Part shown: positions 19,370 through 30,126 of the stretch, piece by piece
Layout of the letters: each line of letters begins with the position of its first letter
How positions within the stretch are numbered: position 1 is the stretch's first letter
Virus record (IMG/VR): IMGVR_UViG_3300006802_000094
Span: 5,284 to 69,283 of that record
Origin: a virus
DNA: 64,000 nt
Direction: 5' to 3' (one strand)
Notes under the pieces: model-generated
Told to the model about the DNA's origin: nothing
The model's input: the letters and a program-made list of their open reading frames with translations, nothing else
The model's database searches: none
Made by a program: the position numbers and the translations under genes

Positions 19370-19400
19370 CAAATATAATAAATTATTTTGGTAATACAAA
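19370..19400 (-). promoter_or_regulatory. Bacteroidota-type promoter
   Basis: TTTG-N19-TATATTTG. Confidence 0.75.
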
Positions 19401-19416
19401 CAGAAAATAAAAAAAT

Positions 19417-19662
19417 ATGTCATTCCACAAAAAAAGATTTGATAAAGAAAATATTATTAGAATATATGACAATGAAGGTTTATTAGGTTTGGAAAAATAT
19501 ATTGGTGATACAAACACTATAATAACTTCCAATGAGTTCTCTTACAACATTGTCAACACACTAATAGATGAAAAATTAAATTTACCACAAAAATGGAATA
19601 AAATATTAAAAATAATAAAAAAAGAAAAATACACAAATGAAAGAAAAAGAATTACTGTCTAA
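19417..19662 (+). CDS. hypothetical protein
   Basis: ORF, first gene of a plus-strand cluster. Confidence 0.65.
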   Translation: MSFHKKRFDKENIIRIYDNEGLLGLEKYIGDTNTIITSNEFSYNIVNTLIDEKLNLPQKWNKILKIIKKEKYTNERKRITV

Positions 19663-19957
19663 ACTAGAAAATTTAGTAAATGAAAAATATGAACCTATAT
19701 TGGTTATTCAATTATTGAGGGTTCCACCACAAGAAGAATTGCAGGCTTTCGCTAAAGGATTATCAGAGCAATTTGGTTATAAAGTTTTAGTATTACCTGG
19801 TGACATAGAAACCAAAGTAGAACTTATTAGTGTTTTAAAAACGGATGTCAAAAAAGTAGAAGATTTGACTAATAGGGTATTGACCTTAATAGGAGATTTA
19901 GAAAAAGAATATAAAGATGTTTTAACACCAGTTGCTAACGATGGGGAAGAAAAGTAA
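19637..19957 (+). CDS. hypothetical protein
   Basis: ORF overlapping both neighbours. Confidence 0.7.
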   Translation: MKEKELLSKLENLVNEKYEPILVIQLLRVPPQEELQAFAKGLSEQFGYKVLVLPGDIETKVELISVLKTDVKKVEDLTNRVLTLIGDLEKEYKDVLTPVANDGEEK

Positions 19958-20189
19958 AACTAACTTAGTTAATCACCCAAAACATTATGGTGGTGAAGAA
20001 AGTACTTATGAAGTAGTTAAAGTAGCTGAGGCTTGGGGTTTAGATATGGACGCTTATCTGTTCAATGTATTAAAATATATTGGTAGAAATGGAAAAAAGA
20101 CAGATAACCCACCAATTCAAGATTTGGAGAAAGCTGCATGGTATCTCAATCGTAAAATTAACAATTTAAAACAAACAAAGTCTAATTAA
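19941..20189 (+). CDS. DUF3310 family protein
   Basis: VNHPKHYG, NVLKYIGR..KK, QDLEKAAWYL. Confidence 0.85.
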   Translation: MGKKSKTNLVNHPKHYGGEESTYEVVKVAEAWGLDMDAYLFNVLKYIGRNGKKTDNPPIQDLEKAAWYLNRKINNLKQTKSN

Positions 20190-20211
20190 TTTTAGTAAAG
20201 TATTTATAAGT

Positions 20212-21024
20212 ATGAAACTTATAAATGAACTTACATCATTAATTGAAATTTATTCTAAAGAATCTACTGAAGAGGAATGTTTACCTAAACCAGTTGAAAA
20301 GTGGAATGAAGTAAATTATTCAGTTAAAGATATAAAAGAAGGTAAAATACTTAATTACGGTGATAGGGACACTAAAAATACTAATGCCCTTAAAAAAATC
20401 CAAGATAAATTAGGTGTTGTTATTGATGGTGAATATGGTGTCGGCACTTTAAAAGCTTTAGCTAAAGAATTAGATATAGATTTATGTGAACAAACTAATT
20501 ACAATATACCAATAGGTCCGAACGCTATTAAAAATTTAGGTATTAAAGAAAGTTTAATAATAACTAAAGAAAATAGAGAAGACTACATATTAGCTTCTAC
20601 CTTAGCAATTGAAAATCAAAATGCTGGTAAAAAAGAATTATACGCAATACTATCCACTATAAAAAATAGAGCTGATAAATGTAATAAAAGTATGGAATAC
20701 ATGGTTTTATTACCCCAACAATATAGTACTTGGAATTATTACAACGGATTAAGTGCTGAAGAAAAAAAGAAAGAGTTAAAAAATAGATTAGAAAACCACA
20801 TAGAAAATAAAAATCTAAATAATTTTTTAAAGGTAGTTAAAGACTTTAAAAAAGGTGGTGTTATTTCCAATTACAACCATTATTTTACTAATGAATTAGC
20901 TGATGAAGCCGATAACGGTGAATTAACAAACTCAATTGCTCAATCATACTTAGATAATAAAGATAACTCTAAAGTAATTGGTGACCACACATTTTGGTGG
21001 GATAAAAATCACAAATGTTCCTAA
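20212..21024 (+). CDS. SleB-like cell-wall hydrolase with peptidoglycan-binding domain
   Basis: IDGEYGVGT; LAIE, IKNR, QQYSTWN, IGDHTF; TATTTATA at 20201-20208. Confidence 0.7.
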   Translation: MKLINELTSLIEIYSKESTEEECLPKPVEKWNEVNYSVKDIKEGKILNYGDRDTKNTNALKKIQDKLGVVIDGEYGVGTLKALAKELDIDLCEQTNYNIPIGPNAIKNLGIKESLIITKENREDYILASTLAIENQNAGKKELYAILSTIKNRADKCNKSMEYMVLLPQQYSTWNYYNGLSAEEKKKELKNRLENHIENKNLNNFLKVVKDFKKGGVISNYNHYFTNELADEADNGELTNSIAQSYLDNKDNSKVIGDHTFWWDKNHKCS

Positions 21025-21050
21025 TGTTGAATTAAAGATATTTATCTTAT

Positions 21051-22964
21051 ATGAAAAGGTTAATCAAAGAAAGTGGTATTCAAGACATTAATAAAATAGC
21101 TAAAAGATATCCCAAAGCTGAAATTTATTTTCATCAAGATTTAGACGGTGTTGTATCTGCAATCGCAATGAAAGAATACTTAGAGAAGTACGGAATAGAT
21201 GTTGTTGACACTCACGTTATTCAATACGGTGATAGAGAATTTTCTGTATCTAAACCTAAAGCTGAAGGAGACACAATGCAGGTATTGGTAGATTTTGCCC
21301 ATGGTAAACCTATGTTCACTATTCACACTGACCACCACGATAGTCAATCGGGTGTAGAAGGTGATACTTCCACTCAATTTAGAGGAGCTCGGTCAAATGT
21401 TGAGACCATTTCTCAAATTGTTAGTCCTCAAGATATTTTTACTAGTGATGATATATTAAGAATATCAACAATTGATAGTGCTGATTACGCAAAACATGGT
21501 TTGACACCAGATGATGTAATGAACTACATTAAAAAATTTGACTTTAATGGTACAGTTCCCGAAAATAAATGGATGTTAGCTTTATTAACCAATAAATTAC
21601 TTTTAGCATATAAAAACAAACCAGGATTCTTAGAAAAATTGGTAGCTAGGTCTTCACCTTCATTAATGAATATTTTTCACAATATTAACTCAATAGCTGG
21701 AGACGAGAATTTTGCTTCACCAGAACAAATGGCAATAAATCAAGAAAAATATGTTAAATCACAAGAAGAAAGTGAAAATCTAAAATTAGAGGACAATATT
21801 ATTATACAATACGGTGGTGGTAGTCTTTATAAACCAGGTTCTTATGATAGATACACACCATTTAAAATATACCCAAATGCTGATTTTCTAGTAATAGCTT
21901 GGCCAATGGGATTGGTTCAAGCCTCATGTAATCCATTTAAAAAAGAAAGAGCATTAAAAGGAATTAATTTAGCTGACATAGCTCAAGAAGTGTTAAGTAA
22001 AATTGAACCTCAACTTAGAAATCATCAAGTTCCTGTTTCTGTTATAAAAAGAATTGGTGAAACAAAAGCTGATGAAAGTAGTATTGGTTTTAAAACTTCT
22101 GATTTGTTTGCACTCTATAAAGATTATTTAGTTAATTTACCTCCAGTTAACTCACCTTATTATAATGAAATTGTTAGGATAATAGACACTCCTTGGAACA
22201 ATTTAAGTGAAGAAGAAAAACAAGTTCTAGACAATATTACTGTACCAGCTTGGGATGTGATACAAGCAAATAGTGGTGGCCACAAATGTATAACTAATGT
22301 AAGTGGACTTAACTTTTTTGCTAGAGCAACACGTAATCCAGAAGGTAATTATCGTAAAAAGGACGCTAAACCAACAAGGTATGTAGAATTTGTTAAATGG
22401 GTCCAAAATGAAATGGTTAAAACACTTAAAGAAAAAATAAGTCAAGAATCTATTAATGAAATAAAAAGAAATATTAAAAAAACATTAATAGAATCTTCTT
22501 TTATTTCTGATGCCTTAGGTGATTTAGCTTCAGCAGCTATAGGTGCAACTGGTTTTGTTGGAATGCCAGTAATGGTAGCTTTAATAGGTAAAAACATATA
22601 CGAGATTAAAAAAAATAATACTGATTTAGAAATAGCTTTGGACAAATTTAAGAATAACCCAACAGCTGAAGATTTAAAAGTTATTGAAGAAGAAATGTAT
22701 AATGTAAGTCAAGATTTGGTAGATTTAACATCTAGGGTAATTCAACTGATTCCAGACCCAACAGCGGCAAGTGACATAGCAGCTTTTGTGGGAGAACAAA
22801 CTTTAGGTGCTTTAGCTTTACATAAAATACCAGCAATTCTTGATAATTTAAAACCTTTAATCGATAAAATTCCAATTATCGGTAAGACTGAAGTAACAGA
22901 CGCAATGAATAATGTTGGACTAGCACATAAATTATTGGATGAAATAGGTGATAAACTTAATTAA
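21051..22964 (+). CDS. DHH-family phosphoesterase with appended C-terminal domain
   Basis: HQDLDGVVS, VDF, TDHH, SGGHKC motifs. Confidence 0.7.
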   Translation: MKRLIKESGIQDINKIAKRYPKAEIYFHQDLDGVVSAIAMKEYLEKYGIDVVDTHVIQYGDREFSVSKPKAEGDTMQVLVDFAHGKPMFTIHTDHHDSQSGVEGDTSTQFRGARSNVETISQIVSPQDIFTSDDILRISTIDSADYAKHGLTPDDVMNYIKKFDFNGTVPENKWMLALLTNKLLLAYKNKPGFLEKLVARSSPSLMNIFHNINSIAGDENFASPEQMAINQEKYVKSQEESENLKLEDNIIIQYGGGSLYKPGSYDRYTPFKIYPNADFLVIAWPMGLVQASCNPFKKERALKGINLADIAQEVLSKIEPQLRNHQVPVSVIKRIGETKADESSIGFKTSDLFALYKDYLVNLPPVNSPYYNEIVRIIDTPWNNLSEEEKQVLDNITVPAWDVIQANSGGHKCITNVSGLNFFARATRNPEGNYRKKDAKPTRYVEFVKWVQNEMVKTLKEKISQESINEIKRNIKKTLIESSFISDALGDLASAAIGATGFVGMPVMVALIGKNIYEIKKNNTDLEIALDKFKNNPTAEDLKVIEEEMYNVSQDLVDLTSRVIQLIPDPTAASDIAAFVGEQTLGALALHKIPAILDNLKPLIDKIPIIGKTEVTDAMNNVGLAHKLLDEIGDKLN

Positions 22965-23298
22965 ATTGTAATTCCATTCCTTTTTTTATACCTAACTTGT
23001 TTGTTTCACCACCATTTAATTCTAACACTTGATTACCAATACCTTGATATAATTCACACTTATTCGTTTGACAAGGTAAACAATTTTTATGAATTTGAGT
23101 TACTTTATTATCAACTAACATTATAATATCTAATGGGATTTTACAATTTTTCATCCAAAATGATTGTTCTTGTACATTTGGAAATAAAAACAACATTCCA
23201 CCATCAAGTTTTTCTCTACCCATCATGCCTATTTTTCGTTTAGATGGTGTATCCATAACTTCTATGGGCAATATATCTTTATTTATTGACAATCTCAT
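22957..23298 (-). CDS. DUF192 family protein
   Basis: GMMGRE, GMLFLF, FWMKNCKIPLDII, VLELNGG. Confidence 0.9.
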   Translation of the reverse strand: MRLSINKDILPIEVMDTPSKRKIGMMGREKLDGGMLFLFPNVQEQSFWMKNCKIPLDIIMLVDNKVTQIHKNCLPCQTNKCELYQGIGNQVLELNGGETNKLGIKKGMELQFN

Positions 23299-23345
23299 AC
23301 ATATAAATAGTTTTAAGATTATATTTATTAATAAAATGATTTCAA

Positions 23346-26093
23346 ATGAATGTTAACCTAATTAACTATAGTACACAAAAAGGTCTAATATTAGAAAAAA
23401 TAGAAGAAAAAGATTCTATCGTAAAAAAAACATTACTTGATTTAGGTGGTATAATAGATGGGACTTTTACTTTCGGTACTGGTATCACAGCTATGTTACC
23501 CGCAGTTAAGCAACTAATGTCTGGTTCAACACCTCAACTAACAGAACAAGATATAATTATTTTATATATTACCGCTATGTGGATATTAGTTGGTAAACAT
23601 AAAGAAAAAGTAACTAAATTACTTGAAATTATAAAAGAAAAAGGATTAACCGAATCATTAAATACAGTTTTTAATTTTTTAGAATCTTTAGAAGATGTAG
23701 TTTTAAAAATTGGTAAATCATTAGGTTATACAGCAAATTCATTAACTGATATAGTCGCATTTACTTTTCTTGCATTTCCAATATTAGACGGCATTTTATT
23801 TTTAATGAATCAAGGTTTTATAGATTATGGTTCACCAACTGGTTACTTAAAGAGTATTTTATTTGGTGTGGGTATATTAGGATTTAAAAACATTTTTAAT
23901 CATATTATAAAAAAATTAGGTGGTAAATTAGAAAAGCTGGATGAAACTAATTATCTGAATGAAGGTGTTGAATTTTATGATGAAACATTATTAATGGTCA
24001 ATGATGTGATGTCTATAGTTAAAAGTACTATGACGGACAAAAATGAAAAAACATATTATTTACCAGAAGATTTAAGAAATGAAGAATTAATATATGATAT
24101 AGAAAATTATATTTTTACAATAGAATTAACTATATCTAGAGATGAAACTATTGAGGATGAATTTAATATCGAAGCTTACTATGTTGGTGGTGAGGATACA
24201 ATAGAAATATATCTAACAATAAACCCTTTATTCGAACCTGAAAGTTACGAACATATAGAAAATTATTTAGCTGAATATATAAGACATGAAATTAGACATG
24301 CTGAACAAGAAGTTATGGGTGTTAAACCAAAAAAAAGAGACAATAAGTTAAGTAGTTTAGAATATTATACTCAACCACATGAGATAGACGCTCAAACCTC
24401 TGGTTTAAATATTAGAAGAATAAAACAAAATCGTTCTTTTGAAGAGGTTGTTCGTAATTCTATAGAGAATAGTAAAAAAAGATATGGATTAAGTGATGAA
24501 GAAGGTGAAGAACTTTACGACATACTATTAAACGATATTATTGAAAGATATGGTAAAGAGTCTCTACAAGAAGTAAATTTATATGAACAAACAGAGCCTT
24601 CAAAAGAAATACCCAAAAAAATAGTTTTGGATAATGAAAAATATAAAATATATGTACCACTTAAAACATCAGACATATGTAATATACCAAACACCAAGTA
24701 TTGTTATACAAACACAACCATAAAAAATCAAGCATCTAATGGAACACCTTATATAATTGAATTCAAAAAATCTGAAGCTAAAGATAATGACAATTTATTA
24801 GTTATAGATAGTGGGAAAATACCTTTTTTAAGAGAACCAAAATCAACTAAACTAGCTTACGATATTAATGGTTATCCAGTTAACATTTTAAAATCATTAA
24901 GTCAAGAAAAAGAACTTCAAGATTTTTTTCATTTAAATTATTCATTAAAAGATAGAATAAAATACAATGTTGATTTTGATGAATCCGATATGTTAAAAGG
25001 AAAAAACCATAGTAAATTAGGTGAACTTTTATATTACATTAATAATAATAAAAAAGATTCTAAGGAACTAATTGATTTTTTTGGTTCTTTTGATGAATTT
25101 AATTCGCGTTATCATAGTTGGGCTGATGAAAATGAAATAGAATTAGTACCTAATGGTATTAATGTTTTTCTAAGTGAAGATGATTTTAAATACAATGTCT
25201 TAGGTTTAAGTAATGACGATAACTATTATTATAATTTAATTATGGGTAATTACCATGATTCACCTTATGACGAATTACCTGATGATGAATTGGATTATGC
25301 ATCTTGTTGGTTTAATAATGAACAACGAGTTAAATTAATTGAAATTATGAATGTGATGCAAGGTACTGATATTCCTTTGAACAGACCATGTCATCAGTTT
25401 AATGATGGTGAAATAAATGACTTTTTCAATTTATATTTTCCGAATGAATGGGATAGATATGGTTCTGATATGTTATATACTTTAGGTTACGGTATAGCTA
25501 AAAATAGAGTTGATAAATTAAAAAAAGAGTTTGATGATGAAGTAATTTTTGATTATGAAGAAGTTTCAAATGATGTGGTAATGATTCATATTGGATGGCA
25601 ATCTTTACTTTACTTAGTCACAAATTATTTAGATGAAGATAGTACTTTAGATGATTTATTTAATCAACCGATTAGTGAAATTGGTTTTGGTTTAAGTGAA
25701 GCTTATTATGATGAATATGGTTGGGGTGAGGAAACTGAAAATGAGATACGTCAAACTATAGATAAGTTACTAGAAACTATCGATGAAAATGAAAATATAT
25801 CTGATAGAAGAGAATTTGTAGATAAATTTACTAAATTTATCAAAGATGAAGGTTTTACCAAACCATCATACGGTAATTATATTTTTAGTAAAGAAACACC
25901 AATAGAAGGTAATGATGGTAAAAATTATAAAAGAACTATAGTAGTAGATAAATTAATTCCTTCTGAAGAAAAAATTGATTTTACAATAACTATTAGTGGA
26001 CCTCTTAAATATGATAGAGAAAGTTATGTGTTACCTTTCGAAGATTTTGTTACGAAAGTTAAAAGTCTTTCTTTATTTGAAATTCCTCAGTAG
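23346..26093 (+). CDS. multi-domain protein: hydrophobic N-domain, HExxH metallopeptidase-like domain, acidic C-domains
   Basis: YIRHEIRHAEQ...YYTQPHEIDA; ATATTTAT at 23321-23328. Confidence 0.7.
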   Translation: MNVNLINYSTQKGLILEKIEEKDSIVKKTLLDLGGIIDGTFTFGTGITAMLPAVKQLMSGSTPQLTEQDIIILYITAMWILVGKHKEKVTKLLEIIKEKGLTESLNTVFNFLESLEDVVLKIGKSLGYTANSLTDIVAFTFLAFPILDGILFLMNQGFIDYGSPTGYLKSILFGVGILGFKNIFNHIIKKLGGKLEKLDETNYLNEGVEFYDETLLMVNDVMSIVKSTMTDKNEKTYYLPEDLRNEELIYDIENYIFTIELTISRDETIEDEFNIEAYYVGGEDTIEIYLTINPLFEPESYEHIENYLAEYIRHEIRHAEQEVMGVKPKKRDNKLSSLEYYTQPHEIDAQTSGLNIRRIKQNRSFEEVVRNSIENSKKRYGLSDEEGEELYDILLNDIIERYGKESLQEVNLYEQTEPSKEIPKKIVLDNEKYKIYVPLKTSDICNIPNTKYCYTNTTIKNQASNGTPYIIEFKKSEAKDNDNLLVIDSGKIPFLREPKSTKLAYDINGYPVNILKSLSQEKELQDFFHLNYSLKDRIKYNVDFDESDMLKGKNHSKLGELLYYINNNKKDSKELIDFFGSFDEFNSRYHSWADENEIELVPNGINVFLSEDDFKYNVLGLSNDDNYYYNLIMGNYHDSPYDELPDDELDYASCWFNNEQRVKLIEIMNVMQGTDIPLNRPCHQFNDGEINDFFNLYFPNEWDRYGSDMLYTLGYGIAKNRVDKLKKEFDDEVIFDYEEVSNDVVMIHIGWQSLLYLVTNYLDEDSTLDDLFNQPISEIGFGLSEAYYDEYGWGEETENEIRQTIDKLLETIDENENISDRREFVDKFTKFIKDEGFTKPSYGNYIFSKETPIEGNDGKNYKRTIVVDKLIPSEEKIDFTITISGPLKYDRESYVLPFEDFVTKVKSLSLFEIPQ

Positions 26094-26275
26094 TTCTCCC
26101 CATATTTTTTTTGTTTATAGGATGCCTTTTGTATTTCTTGTCTCCTTTCAACTGAAGGTTTGGTGTATTCTCTTCTATCCATACATTGTTTAATTAGTTG
26201 GGTTTGAATAACTTTTTTTCTCAGTTCTTTAATCGCTCTTTCTAAATTATTTTTTTTTACTTCTACTTTTAACAT
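26087..26275 (-). CDS. rpsU: ribosomal protein bS21
   Basis: NLERAIKELRKK...RREYTKPSVERR...KASY. Confidence 0.85.
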   Translation of the reverse strand: MLKVEVKKNNLERAIKELRKKVIQTQLIKQCMDRREYTKPSVERRQEIQKASYKQKKYGENY

Positions 26276-26284
26276 ATATTTTTA

Positions 26285-26503
26285 TTATTTTAACCAGTTA
26301 TCTAATTCATTTTGTGTAGGTATATTTAAAATTTTTTCACATTTTTTACAAGTCCACATTGCTTTTGAAGTACTACCTTTATATTCAAAAATAAATTTAA
26401 TGTGTTTGTCTTCATGTTCACATTCTTTTTGAATTTCTTCAATCTGTTTTACAATTTCTTCTTTTTGTGAAACCAAGTCTTGTACTTTTTTTATATTTTC
26501 CAT
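26285..26503 (-). CDS. small Zn-ribbon protein
   Basis: CEH...CKKC. Confidence 0.7.
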   Translation of the reverse strand: MENIKKVQDLVSQKEEIVKQIEEIQKECEHEDKHIKFIFEYKGSTSKAMWTCKKCEKILNIPTQNELDNWLK

Positions 26504-26516
26504 TTTAAATTAATTT

Positions 26517-26693
26517 TTAAACATCGAACCCATCTTTACGTGCATATTTTTTCATTTCTACACTAACTTCTTCCCATAGATTATTTAATTCTTTTAAATA
26601 TTTTTCTATAGATTTTTCATCTTTTTCAGACTGTGAGATTCTTAGTTTATCTATAACTTTTTCTATTTTTTTATTTAGTAGTTCTTGTGCCAT
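26517..26693 (-). CDS. hypothetical protein (58 aa, not in track)
   Basis: MAQELLNKKIEKVIDKLR...RKDGFDV*; fills the gap and overlaps the upstream stop by 1 nt. Confidence 0.6.
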   Translation of the reverse strand: MAQELLNKKIEKVIDKLRISQSEKDEKSIEKYLKELNNLWEEVSVEMKKYARKDGFDV

Positions 26694-26893
26694 TATGTAA
26701 TTATTGAAAATCCTGAATTATGTAAACCATTTTTAATTTTATGTTTTGTAGCTAAATTACTAGCTAATATATTACGTTCTTCTTTATTTTTAGCTATTAT
26801 ACTTTCTAATGGGTGACCCGTAAAGTCAATTAAATTAATTAAATATTTTATTTTGTTATTTGATTCTTTAAATTTATGTGTAATTATTTTCAT
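26693..26893 (-). CDS. hypothetical protein
   Basis: ORF in operon. Confidence 0.6.
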   Translation of the reverse strand: MKIITHKFKESNNKIKYLINLIDFTGHPLESIIAKNKEERNILASNLATKHKIKNGLHNSGFSIIT

Positions 26894-26927
26894 ATTCTAT
26901 TTTTATAGAAATATATGAAATTAAAAA

Positions 26928-28046
26928 TTAATCGTAAATGTGTTCGTCAAAATATTCATTATAATAATCCAACACATCATCGTCTGGTGCATCAACATAG
27001 GGACAATTTACACCCACTTCTCTTCTGTAAATATTAATAAAATTACCACTATAGATATCTGTGTTATATAAAGCCATATCTATAAATAAATTATAAACTA
27101 AATTAGTGACATCATATATTTCAGCATCAACAGTTTTTTTTAAATTTTTATAAAAACTATCTACTTTTTCAACTGATGTCCTAGATACTGTGATATTATC
27201 TATAGGTTTACCAAACGCTTCTTCTATCTCATTGTTGTATTCTCTTATATATTCTTTATTAAGTGCAGTCTTATAAGCTTTTAAGTAACTTTTCTCTAAA
27301 AATTTAGTAAGTTGTTTTAGTTCATCCGCACAACCAAGAAGTACTGTGAAATTATATCTATCTGTATTAGTATCTAAGAAATAATTAAATCTATTAATGT
27401 CAACATAAAATTCATCTTCACCAATATTATCTTCTTCTACCCAATTTTCGAATTCTTCTCTAAAACAAGTTAAAGTTTCAAATTTTTCTAATACAGTTTT
27501 TACAAGTTTTTCATAATTTTTTTCTGATAATGAATCAACTAAATATTCTAAATCAGGTACCCACATATCATTCTCCCAATTATTCACTATTCCATCGTTA
27601 AAAACCATCTCTGCAATTTTTTTACAATTTTCCCCCATATAATACTTTTTTTCATCAAATAGTTCTACTTTGTCTTCATTAGTTAAAGTTAAATATATTC
27701 TACCTTCTTTAGTTATTTTTAGATTATCAACATCACCAATCATATCATTTAATACATACTTATATAAGATTGTCTTGTCTATTGATTTATTTAGAATATT
27801 CTTACTACCTAATGCATTGATAATATGATATCTATTACTTGGATATATCCAATTACGGTATATGTTATCTAAAAATTGTACACCTAAACCTAATTTTTCT
27901 AATTCTAGGTAAAGTGTATGTATGTCACCGAATAATTTTATATAATCACTAATTTCTTCATATCCCCTACTATTAATCATTTTAATAGCCCATTCGGGAA
28001 TTGTTTTTTCCTCTATAATAGTGTTTATAGTTTTAATCAAGTTCAT
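26928..28046 (-). CDS. acidic hypothetical protein, putative virion protein
   Basis: MNLIKTINTIIEE N-terminus; TATTTAT at 28051-28057. Confidence 0.7.
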   Translation of the reverse strand: MNLIKTINTIIEEKTIPEWAIKMINSRGYEEISDYIKLFGDIHTLYLELEKLGLGVQFLDNIYRNWIYPSNRYHIINALGSKNILNKSIDKTILYKYVLNDMIGDVDNLKITKEGRIYLTLTNEDKVELFDEKKYYMGENCKKIAEMVFNDGIVNNWENDMWVPDLEYLVDSLSEKNYEKLVKTVLEKFETLTCFREEFENWVEEDNIGEDEFYVDINRFNYFLDTNTDRYNFTVLLGCADELKQLTKFLEKSYLKAYKTALNKEYIREYNNEIEEAFGKPIDNITVSRTSVEKVDSFYKNLKKTVDAEIYDVTNLVYNLFIDMALYNTDIYSGNFINIYRREVGVNCPYVDAPDDDVLDYYNEYFDEHIYD

Positions 28047-28083
28047 AACAATAAATAGATTAATATAAACAAAAAAGGAGGAT

Positions 28084-28218
28084 TTACTCCTCCTTAATTA
28101 ATTTTTCATTTTTGTCTAACTGTTCTTGAATTTTAGACCTAATCATTTTTTGCATGTCATCTAAAAACTTTTTAGGGTCTTTATCCTTTGACTTATTACT
28201 TTTACATCCACAACCCAT
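28084..28218 (-). CDS. small MGCGCK protein (44 aa, not in track)
   Basis: MGCGCKSNKSKDKDPKKFLDDMQKMIRSKIQEQLDKNEKLIKEE*; ends in the AAGGAGGA/TCCTCCTT terminator (28071-28095). Confidence 0.55.
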   Translation of the reverse strand: MGCGCKSNKSKDKDPKKFLDDMQKMIRSKIQEQLDKNEKLIKEE

Positions 28219-28220
28219 AA

Positions 28221-28436
28221 TTATTTAATGAATTTGTCAAACCTACCGTTTTTAACTTCATTAACTAAAAGTTCAAACTGTTCTTTAGTGAATGTGGTGA
28301 ATCCTTCTTCCTTTCCACCAATAATAACATCATCACGGTCTAAATGAATGTCAACAGCTGGACATTTACAACTTCCTTTACCACATAATGTGATTTCTAA
28401 TGAATTTTTTGTTTCTTTAATTGGTAATTCGTTCAT
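28221..28436 (-). CDS. small Cys-containing hypothetical protein
   Basis: LCGKGSCKCPAV...FTKEQFELLVNEVKNG. Confidence 0.65.
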   Translation of the reverse strand: MNELPIKETKNSLEITLCGKGSCKCPAVDIHLDRDDVIIGGKEEGFTTFTKEQFELLVNEVKNGRFDKFIK

Positions 28437-28624
28437 AATTTATTTTTTTATTTAGTTATTTTATTATAATATATAAATATTACGACTTTTTTATTAATTG
28501 TAAATTAATGTCTATTAAAAGTATTTATAAATAAAACTAAATTGTGTTCTTAATTGAAAATATATTTTACCTGCAAGTATTTTTCATGTAATGGTATATA
28601 GTAAATTAAGTTAATGGTATATAT

Positions 28625-29752
28625 ATGTCTGAATTTTTTGATAAATATTTTGCTTGTAATGGTCCCTGTGAAGAAATTAATAGATTAATTTCAGCTCCAA
28701 ACCCTTTTTCTGCTTTAACACAACAGGTTATAAATTGTTTACCAGAACCAGCACCATTTCCTTGTGAATTGATATCATACTGTCTAACGGGAATTAGTGG
28801 TTCGGATATCTATGTAACAGGATTCACATATAATAACGCTAATACATTTACATTATTTAGAAACGATGGAGTTGATTTATCAACCACCATAAATACAATG
28901 TCTGGTTTAACTGTCACTGGTAATACTTATTTACTTAACGTTACAGGTACATCATTTTATACAGATTATATTGATTTTAACAATAATTTATCACCATTAC
29001 CTAGTGACTTAGAAGGTAGAATGTATTGGGACGAAGATAACGGTACAGTGACATTAGGAATGCACGGAGGACAAGTTCTCCAACAAATAGGTTTAGAACA
29101 ATATTACTATGTAAAAAATCAAAGTGGTACCACAATAGAAAATGGTAAAGTTGTTAGAGCTGCAGGTACTTTAGGTGCTTCAGGTAGAATATTAGGTGAA
29201 TATATGATTGCGGATGGTACTATACCAGCTAAATATACTTTAGGTATTACAACTGAAGATATTATTAATGGTGATGATGGGTATGTTACTGAATTTGGTT
29301 TAGTAAGGGGTATTGACACCACAGGAACATTATATGGTGAGAGTTGGAGTGGTGGTACGATTCTATATGTTTCACCAACAGTTCCAGGTGGTTTAACTAA
29401 AGAAGAACCACAAGCTCCCGATTTAAAAATAGAAATGGCAATTGTAATTGATGCCAAAAATAATGGTTCTATTTTTGTTAGACCTAACAGATATCCTTAC
29501 ATATATGATTTACAACAAGTAAATTATTCAGCAGGAACTGAAAATAATTTAGATATTCTACAATGGAATAGTTCTAACCTAACTTGGGATAAAACTAACA
29601 CCCCTTCGTTCAATAGTTTAACTGTTAATGGTACGATATCCGCTACAACATTAGATGCTACATATATATTAAGTGGTGGTACTAATTTATCAACATTAAT
29701 AGAAAGTACTGACCAATTGCAAATAGTCTTAAATTCACAGGTATTTAGTTAA
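28625..29752 (+). CDS. virion structural / fibre-associated protein
   Basis: Thr/Gly-rich; GYVTEFGLVRGIDT, LYVSPTVPGGLT, DILQWNSS motifs typical of phage fibre/decoration proteins. Confidence 0.6.
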   Translation: MSEFFDKYFACNGPCEEINRLISAPNPFSALTQQVINCLPEPAPFPCELISYCLTGISGSDIYVTGFTYNNANTFTLFRNDGVDLSTTINTMSGLTVTGNTYLLNVTGTSFYTDYIDFNNNLSPLPSDLEGRMYWDEDNGTVTLGMHGGQVLQQIGLEQYYYVKNQSGTTIENGKVVRAAGTLGASGRILGEYMIADGTIPAKYTLGITTEDIINGDDGYVTEFGLVRGIDTTGTLYGESWSGGTILYVSPTVPGGLTKEEPQAPDLKIEMAIVIDAKNNGSIFVRPNRYPYIYDLQQVNYSAGTENNLDILQWNSSNLTWDKTNTPSFNSLTVNGTISATTLDATYILSGGTNLSTLIESTDQLQIVLNSQVFS

Positions 29753-29763
29753 AAAAGAAAAAT

Positions 29764-30126
29764 ATGGGAACAATTAGTAAAGAAATATTAAGTGGGAGTC
29801 TTCAGGGTAAGCCAATCCAAATCACAGCAACTGGTTCAACTGGAACTACTATTCATACAACATTAGCGTCATCAACCATAATAGATGAAGTGTGGTTATA
29901 CGCTACAAATAGTTCTGCAAGTGATGTGGAATTGACAATTGAATATGGGGCAACTGGTTCACCATATGAAATATCAGCAGATATACCTACAAAATCAGGA
30001 TTAAGTTTAATTTTAGCAGGAACAATATTAACTGGAGATGGTTCTACAGGTTCAACAATAACCTCATACGCAGCATCCCCCAATTCAGTTAATTTAATAG
30101 GTTATGTAAATAGAATAACACCATGA
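29764..30126 (+). CDS. conserved phage structural protein
   Basis: GTTIHT, DEVWLYATN, GYVNRIT. Confidence 0.65.
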   Translation: MGTISKEILSGSLQGKPIQITATGSTGTTIHTTLASSTIIDEVWLYATNSSASDVELTIEYGATGSPYEISADIPTKSGLSLILAGTILTGDGSTGSTITSYAASPNSVNLIGYVNRITP

